The notes under the pieces are model-generated. The model saw only the letters and a program-made list of their open reading frames with translations, made no database searches and was not told where the DNA came from. 64,000 bases of DNA from an uncultured Candidatus Saccharibacteria bacterium. Its GTDB lineage: Bacteria; Patescibacteriota; Andersenbacteria; UBA10190. Positions 10,923 to 20,146 of this stretch are shown piece by piece (positions within the stretch are counted from its first letter, which is position 1; the number at the start of each line of letters is the position of its first letter). The position numbers and the translations under genes were made by a program. The stretch lies in contig CAZSUC010000001.1 in assembly GCA_964610055.1 (NCBI GenBank), positions 431,912-495,911 of the forward strand, in the 5' to 3' direction.

Positions 10923-11399
10923 TTACTTTAAGCCTAACCCGTTAACTAAGAGGATCGTTACTAACAATCCTAAAACGGCATATGTCTCTACAATCGCCGC
11001 CAAGATAACAGCTTTACCGGAAGCATCTGGCTGCTTCGCTGTTACATTTACACCGGCTGCCGCTAAACGTCCCTGAAACATGGCTGATAACAAACATGTG
11101 ACTGCAACCGGAACTGACGCTGCAAGTACCATCCAGCCTTGTCCAATTGTCATATCAACTGCGTTGCCTGATAAGATACCAGTCGCATTCGCAATGATAA
11201 TCGCGGCCAAGAAACCATAAATACCCTGGGATCCTGGCAAGGCAGTTAAGAGTAAAACTTTACCGAATTTATCCGGGTCTTCTGAAACCAGTCCCGCGCT
11301 GGCTTGTCCGGCTGTCCGTACTCCTAAAATCGAGCCGACGCCTGCCATCACTGTGGCTAACGCTGCACCCGAGAGAGCAAGTACTAATCCGTATTCCAT
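10923..11399 (-). CDS. atpK: A/V-type ATP synthase proteolipid subunit K
   Basis: Gly/Ala-rich double hairpin (MEYGLVLALSGAALATVMAGVGSILGV...); probable start MEYGL rather than the upstream ATG of the ORF track. Confidence 0.75.
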   Translation of the reverse strand: MEYGLVLALSGAALATVMAGVGSILGVRTAGQASAGLVSEDPDKFGKVLLLTALPGSQGIYGFLAAIIIANATGILSGNAVDMTIGQGWMVLAASVPVAVTCLLSAMFQGRLAAAGVNVTAKQPDASGKAVILAAIVETYAVLGLLVTILLVNGLGLK

Positions 11400-11489
11400 A
11401 ATAATTGCTTGTTTAAAAATAAAATTTTGAGGTGGAATTTCGTAATTCCTGTCTAGTTTATTAGCATCTCTGCCAACACCAGACACCAA

Positions 11490-13475
11490 TTACGAAAACT
11501 CTCGAGGATTATCAACGTATTTACTTACCCTTCCTAAAGGCTTATAAGCCGTTCCTCCTCCGTCCATAAACTTCGGAAAGAATTCCACAAATTGTAATCT
11601 TCCGGAATGAATAAAAGCGCCTAAGGAATTAATTCCCAAATTAAATACATGTCCCACTAATAACACGACTGCCGCAATTAAAAATCCGACTCCTGGCACC
11701 ATGTCGATTACCATGCCGCCAATCAGATTTACAACTAGACCAATAATTCCTGTTGCTAAACCTAAAGCTAACAAGCGCGAATAGCTCAAAATATCACTTA
11801 AAAAGCCTATTAAACCGTATAAACTTAATAATCCTGATCCAAGTTTAATAATGATATTTTTTTGTTTTCGTCCTTGAGTCAAAACTAAAACAGCTGCATT
11901 TATTTCCACCCAAATTAACATTATTTTCTCCCAGGACATAGGTAAATAACCTAATTTTGCTCCCGCCCATGCCAAGATACCCAGGATCATGGTGATCCAG
12001 GCATAGCTATCGAAAATCGCACTGAATCGATCCCCTTTTCGCCAAGAATCATATCCTTTTACTACTCGAGCAAAAAGTAATTGCACGATTCCCAATGCAA
12101 AAGCGACCATCAACAAAGTAATTGGTTCACCCACCGGATCGATTAACTTAATCTTGAGTAAGATATCTTTAATTGCACTTGGCGGTAAGTTTTCTAGTGT
12201 AATTCCAAACCATCCGCCCGTTAACGCTCCTAGAATTACAGTAAAGAACCCGGCATAGAATAACAATCGCACCATTTTCTTCAATGATCGCTTGAGACGG
12301 AAAAACTTTTCTGCAGCTGCCATGCTAATCATTAACACTATTCCGTATCCAGCATCAGTGAGTGCTAATCCAAAAGCAAGCAAGAAAAATATTGATAAGG
12401 CTGGCGATGGATCGAGCTCATTGTATTGCGGCTTACCATAAATATCCGTGACTGCTTCAAAAGGACGCATTAGTGAACTGTTTGCGAATAAAACCGGCGG
12501 ATTTTCATCTGGTGAATTTTGCACTGATTCAATCGCCGCTGCGGGAAAAATGCGTTCCAAATCATTAGTAAAAGACTGTAATCGATCTTTTGGTATCCAG
12601 CCTTCTAAAACTGTAGTAAATGGTAGTGCAGCTATATTCTGCGATAACGCCTCTCTTTCTTGGCGATGTAGCAAAGCATCGTATGCAAATTTCAAATTTC
12701 TTTCTTGTTGTAAATAGCTTTGAGCACGCGCCATCTCTTCGGTGTATGCCGTTTCATTTTTCTGTAATTTTTGTTCTAAATGACGCAAACGATCAGCCGG
12801 AGTCTCCGTTGTATGAAGTGTCAGTGTGACAACATTAGCACTAATTTCTCCTAAAGCCTTATCTAATAAAGCCTTATCCTTATTCTCGGCAATAACTTCA
12901 ATATATAAAGTCCCCTGTTTCTTGACTTCAACCTTATGCACAATTTGCCAAACAGCCGTTGGCACTTGCTCAAATACAGTGTTAAGTCGCTCCTCTTCTG
13001 CTAATGGTGCGACAGCCAAAAGCTGAGTTGTTGTTTTTGTGCCTCCTAAATCTTGACCCAATAAAGCCAGATTCACCCACGGAGCAACTAAATCTTTCTC
13101 TTCGGTTAAGGCTTGTTTCTCTGCTACTAATTCCGCCAGACCGTCACTCATGACACGGATATTTTCTAGCAATTTATCTAAACCTAACTGATTTATAATC
13201 TTTTCTAACTCATCTAAGCTCGCCGTTGGCTTACCAGCAAACATGTCACGCCATGACCGTTTTTCCGGCATAGACAACTCTCGTCTAATTCTTTGCATGA
13301 ACTCCAAAGCAAACTGAATTTGAGCTAATTGATATCCAGTCGGGGTTGTGGCAGCCTCGTTCTGATTTTGCAACGGAATAATATGAACTATTTCTTCGTC
13401 TTGCAGCCAACGCAAACATTTCGCTGTGTCTTTAGCTGGAATAGCAATCTGAATTTTTTGCATCGGCGCTATCAT
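11490..13475 (-). CDS. atpI: A/V-type ATP synthase subunit I (a-subunit)
   Basis: 661 aa; soluble N-terminal half, C-terminal polytopic membrane half. Confidence 0.8.
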   Translation of the reverse strand: MIAPMQKIQIAIPAKDTAKCLRWLQDEEIVHIIPLQNQNEAATTPTGYQLAQIQFALEFMQRIRRELSMPEKRSWRDMFAGKPTASLDELEKIINQLGLDKLLENIRVMSDGLAELVAEKQALTEEKDLVAPWVNLALLGQDLGGTKTTTQLLAVAPLAEEERLNTVFEQVPTAVWQIVHKVEVKKQGTLYIEVIAENKDKALLDKALGEISANVVTLTLHTTETPADRLRHLEQKLQKNETAYTEEMARAQSYLQQERNLKFAYDALLHRQEREALSQNIAALPFTTVLEGWIPKDRLQSFTNDLERIFPAAAIESVQNSPDENPPVLFANSSLMRPFEAVTDIYGKPQYNELDPSPALSIFFLLAFGLALTDAGYGIVLMISMAAAEKFFRLKRSLKKMVRLLFYAGFFTVILGALTGGWFGITLENLPPSAIKDILLKIKLIDPVGEPITLLMVAFALGIVQLLFARVVKGYDSWRKGDRFSAIFDSYAWITMILGILAWAGAKLGYLPMSWEKIMLIWVEINAAVLVLTQGRKQKNIIIKLGSGLLSLYGLIGFLSDILSYSRLLALGLATGIIGLVVNLIGGMVIDMVPGVGFLIAAVVLLVGHVFNLGINSLGAFIHSGRLQFVEFFPKFMDGGGTAYKPLGRVSKYVDNPREFS

Positions 13476-13481
13476 GGCGGC

Positions 13482-13802
13482 TTAGTTTAAATATTCAGCT
13501 TCAAACAATTCAACAATTTGTTCCACTGTTTTCTTGCGGTTTTTATCTGCTATTTTTTTCACTGATTCGACCGCTTTCTTCCCTGCTGCCACTAACTGCC
13601 CCACATCATTATGATCCTTAGTTATTCGTTCCTTAAGCACTGCTTCTGCTCGTGTTTCTGCTCTTTGTCTTACTTCAGCTAACATCGTCTTTTCATGCGC
13701 TAGCATATCTGCAATTTCTTGCTTGGATGTGTCTTCCGCTTGCTTGATTTGTTGTTGCGCTTCTTGTTCTACAACTTTCACTTTGTCTAATAGCGTTTCC
13801 AT
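13482..13802 (-). CDS. atpH: A/V-type ATP synthase subunit H/G (peripheral stalk)
   Basis: 106-aa charged coiled coil heading the operon. Confidence 0.5.
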   Translation of the reverse strand: METLLDKVKVVEQEAQQQIKQAEDTSKQEIADMLAHEKTMLAEVRQRAETRAEAVLKERITKDHNDVGQLVAAGKKAVESVKKIADKNRKKTVEQIVELFEAEYLN

Positions 13803-13948
13803 ATATGTTTTAGTTAACCATATATTTAAAAACCGGCATCATCACTTCCCGCCGGCTCGCTTCTTCATCGAAGCAGCCACATTCTATACATCCACCTGTT
13901 TATTGTCAAGATCAGTTAATCTTGCAAATTATCAAATTTTATGGCCTT

Positions 13949-14938
13949 TTACTTTCGTTTATATGCCTTTTGGATAGCCACCATGATTGCTTCAGCATCA
14001 AGGTGATATTTTTTGAGTAATTGTTCTGGTTCACCCGATTCCCCAAAGGTATTTTGCATGCCAACCATTTCCATTGGGACTGGGTAATCACGCACTACCA
14101 CTTCTGCAATCGCACCGCCAACACCAGCCATGACTTGGTGTTCCTCTACTGTCACAATTGCGCCGCATTCACGCGCTGCTTTTTCAATTGTATCAGCATC
14201 TATTGGCTTAATACTGGGAGAATTTATCACACGCACTGAAATTCCTTTTTCTATCAACCGATCGGCGGCTTGTAGGGCCGCATACATAATTGGGCCGGCT
14301 CCAATCACGGCCACATCTTTGCCATCGCGTAAAGTTATCGCTTTCCCCCAAGCAAAGGGTGTTTTTGCCGTGGTTATCACTGGTGACTTTGCTCGTCCTA
14401 ATCGCATATAGACTGGCCCAGTTCGAGCTGCAGCCGCATGGACAACTTTACGCGCTTCTTCTGCATCCATCGGCACCGCCACAGTCATATTCGGCAGTAC
14501 CCGCATTAAGGCGATATCCTCTAAAGCTTGATGTGTTGCTCCGTCCGGGCCAACTGTTACTCCGCTATGTGCCCCAGCAATTTTTACATTTGCTTTGTTG
14601 TAACACACCGATACTCGAATTTGATCCCAAGTTCGTCCAGGAGAAAAAACCGCATAAGTTGAAGCAAATGGTATCTTACCCTGCAAAGCCATACCCGCCG
14701 CAACGGTAATCATGTTCTGCTCTGCTACTCCGGTCTCAATGAACCGATGCGGAAACATTTTGGCAAACTTATCGACTCTAGTTGATTCAGCTAAATCAGC
14801 GCACAAAGCCACGACTTGACGATTATGCTCAGCTATCTCGGTTAAACCAACTCCATAACCATCTCTAGTGGCGGCTTGTTCGGCATGTCCTCCTAGGGCT
14901 TTAACGGCTAAATATGCGGCTTTATTTATTATCGCCAT
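13949..14938 (-). CDS. transketolase, C-terminal subunit
   Basis: 329 aa; transketolase pyrimidine-binding/C-terminal section (FIETGVAEQNM, GAHSGVTVGPDGATHQ). Confidence 0.9.
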   Translation of the reverse strand: MAIINKAAYLAVKALGGHAEQAATRDGYGVGLTEIAEHNRQVVALCADLAESTRVDKFAKMFPHRFIETGVAEQNMITVAAGMALQGKIPFASTYAVFSPGRTWDQIRVSVCYNKANVKIAGAHSGVTVGPDGATHQALEDIALMRVLPNMTVAVPMDAEEARKVVHAAAARTGPVYMRLGRAKSPVITTAKTPFAWGKAITLRDGKDVAVIGAGPIMYAALQAADRLIEKGISVRVINSPSIKPIDADTIEKAARECGAIVTVEEHQVMAGVGGAIAEVVVRDYPVPMEMVGMQNTFGESGEPEQLLKKYHLDAEAIMVAIQKAYKRK

Positions 14939-14939
14939 A

Positions 14940-15824
14940 CTAAAAAATATTATCTAACTCTTTTAAAGCTTTTTCAGCTTGTTTCGGAGTTGGCGGCATT
15001 CCGTGCCAACGATAGTCATGCTCCATGAAACTCACACCTTTCCCTGGAATAGTGTGCGCTAAAATCAAAACCGGTGATTCAATAATCGCATGCGCTTCAC
15101 TGCAAGCATCAATAATCTGCTCCATGTTGTGTCCGTCAATTTCAATCACGTGCCAACCAAATGCTTCAAACTTATCTTTAATCGGCTCTTTGCTCATAAC
15201 TGACTCTGTGTCTCCGTCAATCTGAATATTATTCCGATCTAAAATTGCTGTTAATCGTCCTAAGCGATAATGACTAGCAAACGCTGCTGCTTCCCAAGTT
15301 GAGCCTTCATCTAATTCGCCATCAGAAATAACACAGTAAGTCTCATATTTCAGTCCATCTAATTTTCCGGCTAAAGCGCAGCCAGATGCTAAACTCAGAC
15401 CTTGTCCTAAACTTGCCGCAGAAGATTCTACTCCCGGCACAGTTAGTCGATCCAAATGTCCTTGTAAACGCGTTCCTAACTTACGCAGTGACGCTAATTC
15501 TTCAATAGGAAAAAATCCTGCTCTCGCTAAAGCCGCGTACCACACCGGAGCCGTATGGCCGCAAGACACAAACAAGCGATCTCGTTCTGGATCTGATTTT
15601 GTTTGCGGCGAAACATTCAAAATATGAAAATACAAAGCAGTCACAATATCGGCCAACCCTAATGGACCCGCGGTATGTCCTGATCCTGCCGCAGCTAACA
15701 TCTTAATAACGTCACGACGCAAAGTTAGCGCCATTCGCGTTAAGTCTTCCAAAGTAGACAGTTTTTGCATGGAGGCAGAAGGAATAAGCTCTTTGTATAT
15801 TACACTGCTCCCGCCCCTCCTCAC
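14940..15824 (-). CDS. transketolase, N-terminal (TPP-binding) subunit
   Basis: 294 aa; GSGHTAGPLG TPP-binding motif, GDGELDEGSTWEA; real start may be MQKLSTLED (~15770). Confidence 0.9.
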   Translation of the reverse strand: MRRGGSSVIYKELIPSASMQKLSTLEDLTRMALTLRRDVIKMLAAAGSGHTAGPLGLADIVTALYFHILNVSPQTKSDPERDRLFVSCGHTAPVWYAALARAGFFPIEELASLRKLGTRLQGHLDRLTVPGVESSAASLGQGLSLASGCALAGKLDGLKYETYCVISDGELDEGSTWEAAAFASHYRLGRLTAILDRNNIQIDGDTESVMSKEPIKDKFEAFGWHVIEIDGHNMEQIIDACSEAHAIIESPVLILAHTIPGKGVSFMEHDYRWHGMPPTPKQAEKALKELDNIF

Positions 15825-15830
15825 AACTCC

Positions 15831-16529
15831 TTAAGCTTGTTCGCCTTCCGCCGCTTCTCCTCTGGCACCCGCTTCCGCTAATAATTGTAATTGTTCTAAG
15901 TTTTCACTTGCATTGCCTGCGCCAAAAATAGCCGTATTTGCACACAAGATTCTGGCTCCACTATCAACATAATTGCCGATCGTTTCTTTATCTACGTGTC
16001 CATCTACAGCAATCCGAATATTTGGATGCTTATCATGAAAAGCGCCAATTTTACGATATACGTCTGGATTTAAAGGTTGATTCGCCCATCCCGGATTGTA
16101 TCCCATAAACAAGACGTAATTTACTAAGCCCAAATATTCTTCAATCCAATCAGCCGGACTTTCCGGATTCAATGCCAAAGCTAATTCGCTAGTCGTTTTC
16201 TCTTTCAAACGTGCAAATGTCATTTCAATATCGCTAGTACCTTCAAATGCTTCAACATGAAAAATACATCGGGCCGGATTCAAATCAATAATATCGTCAA
16301 TAAAATTGCTGGGTGTATGTACCATTAAATGCAATTCTGCTTTCTCACTTTGCGGCAACTGCTTAAATCGACGTATGTCTCGAAAAGTTCCCTCTCCTGC
16401 AAAGATACCGTCAGTGACGTCTAACTGGATATGATCTGCTTTTGTGACAATAGTTTTCCAATCTTGTTCAATATCTTCAAAATTTTTTCTTAAAATTGCT
16501 GGAACAACTTCGACTTCTATCATATGCAT
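15831..16529 (-). CDS. rpe: ribulose-phosphate 3-epimerase
   Basis: 232 aa; HIQLDVTDG, HLMVHTP, IAVDGHVD correspond to Rpe metal/substrate motifs. Confidence 0.75.
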   Translation of the reverse strand: MHMIEVEVVPAILRKNFEDIEQDWKTIVTKADHIQLDVTDGIFAGEGTFRDIRRFKQLPQSEKAELHLMVHTPSNFIDDIIDLNPARCIFHVEAFEGTSDIEMTFARLKEKTTSELALALNPESPADWIEEYLGLVNYVLFMGYNPGWANQPLNPDVYRKIGAFHDKHPNIRIAVDGHVDKETIGNYVDSGARILCANTAIFGAGNASENLEQLQLLAEAGARGEAAEGEQA

Positions 16530-16541
16530 TAATAAAATTAG

Positions 16542-16997
16542 TTATAAATTCTTTTCTTCGTATGTATGTACTTTTTGCACGCGTCGTTGATGCCTCTCTG
16601 CTGCTGAAAAAGGTGTTTTAAGCCACGCCTGAACCACTGTTTTAGCTTGATCGGGTGTAATATGTTTTGCTCCCAGCGTTAATATATTTACATCATCGTC
16701 ACGTTGAGCCGTTTGCGCGATTTCGGGATCATAAATCATAGCCGCCCGAATCCCCTTCACCTTATTAGCCGCGATATTCATGCCAATCCCTGTCCCGCAT
16801 ACTAAAATGCCTCTCCTGTTCTTCTCATCAGCCGCCACCCATTCTGCTACCGGCCAAGCATAGTCTGGATAATCGTCTTGTGGATCCAGATCTTGTGGTC
16901 CCAAGTCTTTAACAGTGAATCCTTGTTCACTTAACCAGCTCACTAGCTGGTTTTTTAATTCCCATCCGTTATGGTCAGATGCTAAAGATAACTCCAT
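16542..16997 (-). CDS. rpiB: ribose-5-phosphate isomerase B
   Basis: 151 aa; GILVCGTGIGMNIAANKVKGIRAA. Confidence 0.9.
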   Translation of the reverse strand: MELSLASDHNGWELKNQLVSWLSEQGFTVKDLGPQDLDPQDDYPDYAWPVAEWVAADEKNRRGILVCGTGIGMNIAANKVKGIRAAMIYDPEIAQTAQRDDDVNILTLGAKHITPDQAKTVVQAWLKTPFSAAERHQRRVQKVHTYEEKNL

Positions 16998-17097
16998 GCT
17001 GTCACCATAACAAAAACCTACCTACTCCGCCAATTACTGTTTTCAAAAATGGCGTTACGCGGTAAAATATTTATATAAACAAAGGAGGTGATCATGC

Positions 17098-17301
17098 ATG
17101 AAATCTAATGCTTTAACAATGGTTGCCATGACATTGGTAATAATTGGTGGTTTAAATTGGGGGCTAATCGGCCTCTTTAATTTTGACTTAGTGGCTGTTA
17201 TTTTTGGTGATATGACTGCGATCACTCGCACCGTTTACGCTCTCGTTGGTGTTGCCGCAGTTGTCATGGCTGTTGCCCTTCCTAAAATGAAGGCCGAATA
17301 A
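17098..17301 (+). CDS. DUF378 family small membrane protein
   Basis: 67 aa two-TM peptide (IIGGLNWGLIGLFNFDLVAVIFG); strong RBS AAAGGAGGTGATCATGCATG. Confidence 0.7.
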   Translation: MKSNALTMVAMTLVIIGGLNWGLIGLFNFDLVAVIFGDMTAITRTVYALVGVAAVVMAVALPKMKAE

Positions 17302-17323
17302 CTGCTTAAAACAGCGGTTTTCC

Positions 17324-17357
17324 AAAAGCCCGTTATAATTCGGGTTTTTGGTTTTTT
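17324..17357 (+). terminator. rho-independent terminator
   Basis: AAAAGCCCG-ttataatt-CGGGTTTTTGGTTTTTT hairpin plus U-tract downstream of DUF378 gene. Confidence 0.6.
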
Positions 17358-17638
17358 ATTACTTCTTCAATCATCTGAATACATCACTCTTCTTCTTGAA
17401 AAAAGAGCCTTTGTGAAGACGATAAGCAAGCCTATCATCAAGGTGACGCATCGGGGTGCCAATCAACTGCCTGCACTGGGGACATGTCAGGTTCTCCATA
17501 TCTTGCGGGCACTGAATGTCCGCCCGTCCCTGTAGCTCCGATAAGTGAAGTTGAGAGAAACCTAGCTGTTCCTCCGTGCTCCTTACGATACCTGTCATTC
17601 TTCAGCGTGAACTGTTGTTTCGGTTGTGACATGGTTTT

Positions 17639-18445
17639 TTAATTAACTTTGTTAGTACATCCAGCGTCAATTAGTTGTTGCTGATATTGAGCTCTGTATT
17701 GAAATAGCGCAATTTGCTCCTCGGCACTCGAACTAAACTGATTACTATGAGAGGCGAGAAATTCATTCCTTAGGTCATACCATTCGCCAGCAGCAGCGTC
17801 GCATGCTTGCCGGTGCTTAAGTTCAAGCGCCGCAATGTCTGCATCATACTTAGTCTTTTCCTCTGCCTGCTTGTTCAACTCTTCTTGGTGTGCATTTAAT
17901 TTATCCATACACTCTTGCGCAGTAATATAGTAATAATTCGTGCCAACATGACAACTCATCTTCATTGGCGTGTATGCTGGTACATCAACTGGCTCGTCGG
18001 TTGGCGTAGCTTTAGGCGTAGCTTTTGCTGCCTTAGCTTGCTTTGCGTATAAGGCATCACATTCCGTTGTCCAAACAACCTGCCATTTCCCAGAAGCAAC
18101 TTCGCATTCTGTTTTTGTGCCAGCGCATTCACTTTGTTTGATGGCTAGTGTGCCTACATGAGGATATTCACAATTCACAATCGGGTCAGCATCTACAATG
18201 GGTGATGATTTGCTGGTTTTGGCACTAAGTACCGCTGGATTTGATGTGGATTTTGTTGGGAAAGACGGGCTAATGCTTATAGTGGGTGCAATTGAAGGAG
18301 CTATAGGGACGGTTGCTATAGCTTCGCTCTTCACATTCAATTGTTGCTCAATTCTGTTATTTACCACATTACCAACACCAAAAATTAGACCTCCCGTAAT
18401 AGTACAGGCCAACACCGTTCCAATCATATTACTATGCAGCATCAT
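17639..18445 (-). CDS. hypothetical Cys-rich secreted/membrane-anchored protein
   Basis: 268 aa; N-terminal TM, Pro/Ser/Thr-rich linker, 8 Cys in C-terminal half. Confidence 0.4.
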   Translation of the reverse strand: MMLHSNMIGTVLACTITGGLIFGVGNVVNNRIEQQLNVKSEAIATVPIAPSIAPTISISPSFPTKSTSNPAVLSAKTSKSSPIVDADPIVNCEYPHVGTLAIKQSECAGTKTECEVASGKWQVVWTTECDALYAKQAKAAKATPKATPTDEPVDVPAYTPMKMSCHVGTNYYYITAQECMDKLNAHQEELNKQAEEKTKYDADIAALELKHRQACDAAAGEWYDLRNEFLASHSNQFSSSAEEQIALFQYRAQYQQQLIDAGCTNKVN

Positions 18446-18446
18446 A

Positions 18447-19157
18447 CTAATGCGATTGCAAGTAGCCGACCAAGCTGTAGGTATTAATACCAGAGGAGAG
18501 AAATGAGTTTGTTGTTAGATAACCAATAAAGGTGTTGCCAAGAAAAATTCTAGGTGGAGTAGATGTGTAGTTATTGAATGGGCTTTGTGATGAGTAAGCC
18601 CCACCATATCGACCATATTCATTGAAGATGCTTTTTGAGGAGTATTTACTTCCATAGGTTCCGTACGAATTAATAATAGAATTAGAGCTGTACTGATTCG
18701 AGGAAATAAGCCCTAGATATGTGCCATCATTGGCAATAAGCACGCCTATCCCATCAAGTTGAACAAATACATCAGAAAGTGTTAGTAATGGAGCAACACT
18801 TGCCACAGTTGAAGTACTGTTAGTTTTAGGGGTAACGCTTACGGCTTTCTTAGCGCTAGTATCTGGCATTGTAAGGCCTTTAGCCTTCTGAAACGCCATA
18901 GCCCCCTTCAAGGCTTCTTCTGTCTTTTTGTCGGTTCTAGCTCGCTTCTTCCAATATTCGCTTTCCATCGCATTTATTTTTTTACTAAAAACCTCACCAA
19001 AAATACGCTCAACAACTAATGGCACGTTTTTGTTGGGAATCAAATCCGAATCTTGTTGCGTTGCCGCAAGTCCATCTATAGGCCAAACAAACATCAACAA
19101 ACCAGTTGCTAATATTATAAATACGCCTTTTCTAAAATCTGTATTTAGTGGATTCAT
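18447..19157 (-). CDS. hypothetical secreted protein with Tyr/Gly/Ser short repeats
   Basis: 236 aa; signal peptide; C-terminal repeats NSYGTYGSKYSSKSIFNEYGRYGGAYSSQSPFNNY. Confidence 0.4.
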   Translation of the reverse strand: MNPLNTDFRKGVFIILATGLLMFVWPIDGLAATQQDSDLIPNKNVPLVVERIFGEVFSKKINAMESEYWKKRARTDKKTEEALKGAMAFQKAKGLTMPDTSAKKAVSVTPKTNSTSTVASVAPLLTLSDVFVQLDGIGVLIANDGTYLGLISSNQYSSNSIINSYGTYGSKYSSKSIFNEYGRYGGAYSSQSPFNNYTSTPPRIFLGNTFIGYLTTNSFLSSGINTYSLVGYLQSH

Positions 19158-19261
19158 GGTAATTTAACTGGTCTATTTAGATACTTTTGGTATACCACTC
19201 TTAGAGAAAAGCTACAAGCTGTATGTAGACCGTATGTAGCACAAGGAAGACGCTTAAATTA

Positions 19262-19465
19262 ATGACCGACATACGAACTAAGTTTGGTAAACGAATCCAG
19301 AAGCTACGTCTTTCGCGAGGTATATCGCAAGAAAAGCTTGCTCACTCCGTAGGCGTACATCGAACCTACATGGGATTCGTGGAGCGTGGCGAACGAAACC
19401 CCACTCTGACCAAAATTGAACGCATAGCTAAAACCCTTGATGTTTCGATACGGGATTTATTTTAG
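19262..19465 (+). CDS. XRE-family HTH transcriptional regulator (Cro/CI-like)
   Basis: 67 aa; LRLSRGISQEKLAHSVGVHRTYMGFVERGERNPTLTKIERIAKTL HTH_3 pattern; RBS AAGGAAG. Confidence 0.85.
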   Translation: MTDIRTKFGKRIQKLRLSRGISQEKLAHSVGVHRTYMGFVERGERNPTLTKIERIAKTLDVSIRDLF

Positions 19466-19819
19466 CGTCCAATAACAAACTTACGCCTAATTGCTCAGAA
19501 GGCTATCATCTATTTTGATCATGGTGCCAAAAAAGACTTGAGAATTGATTCCTCTGTTTCTAATAAGTTTGAGCCAGAAAAAACGGCGTACAATATGTAC
19601 AAAATAGCGAATCTAGAAAAATCATGGGACCTAAGTCCGGATCAGTTCGCCACCTTGGTTTCGAACCAAAAAAGAGATACCAGGAGCGGAAAATAAGAGG
19701 GTCTTGAGAGGTGTTTAGGACGGACTTTCGAACCGAAAATGAGACAGTTTGAGACACTATAAAAAAGAGGGTGTTTCGTGTCTCATTTATTGGACTTTGC
19801 AAATATTTTGTGGCCTAAC

Positions 19820-20146
19820 CTACTTTGATCTAGGCGAACAAACAAACCAATCTTGGTTCTTCGGGTTTACCCGCTCAAACTCAATTCCATTCCATTCATA
19901 AAGCAAGCAATACCAGGATTCATCAGCATGTAAACTACTCACATCACGAGCAATTACATCATCGCTTAGCTTTTCAAACTTTCGCTCCTCACCATTTAGT
20001 AAAGTGTAATCCGTTACTTCAACCTTAAAGGCAATTTCAATTCCCCCCTTCGCTTCATTTGAGTATATCCCTCCTTTACGGATCATGATGCTGGGTTCTC
20101 CTGTCGACCAATTGAATTTCTCGTCTTTATCCATAGCACTACTCAA
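19820..20146 (-). CDS. hypothetical protein, last gene of TIR operon
   Basis: 108 aa; start overlaps stop of TIR gene (ATGA); no recognisable domain. Confidence 0.45.
   Translation of the reverse strand: MSSAMDKDEKFNWSTGEPSIMIRKGGIYSNEAKGGIEIAFKVEVTDYTLLNGEERKFEKLSDDVIARDVSSLHADESWYCLLYEWNGIEFERVNPKNQDWFVCSPRSK

Noticed and set aside
13826-13913. Promoter-like TTGACA-17-TAGAAT followed by GCCGGC hairpin and T-run between the tkt and atp operons (minus strand)
   Set aside because: Promoter would precede the terminator-like hairpin on the same transcript; stem is only 6 bp with a 13-nt loop, too weak to call either element with confidence
17371-17632. Two overlapping minus-strand ORFs (75 and 64 aa)
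   Set aside because: Different frames on the same strand, no RBS, low-complexity products; better explained as a GC-rich non-coding or structured-RNA region (reported as a finding)
19650-19790. Possible CRISPR-like array
   Set aside because: Only two degenerate units with no regular repeat-spacer periodicity and no cas genes; not a CRISPR
19560-19802. 80-aa minus-strand ORF
   Set aside because: Sits in the repeat-containing non-coding stretch at the island edge; no RBS, improbable product
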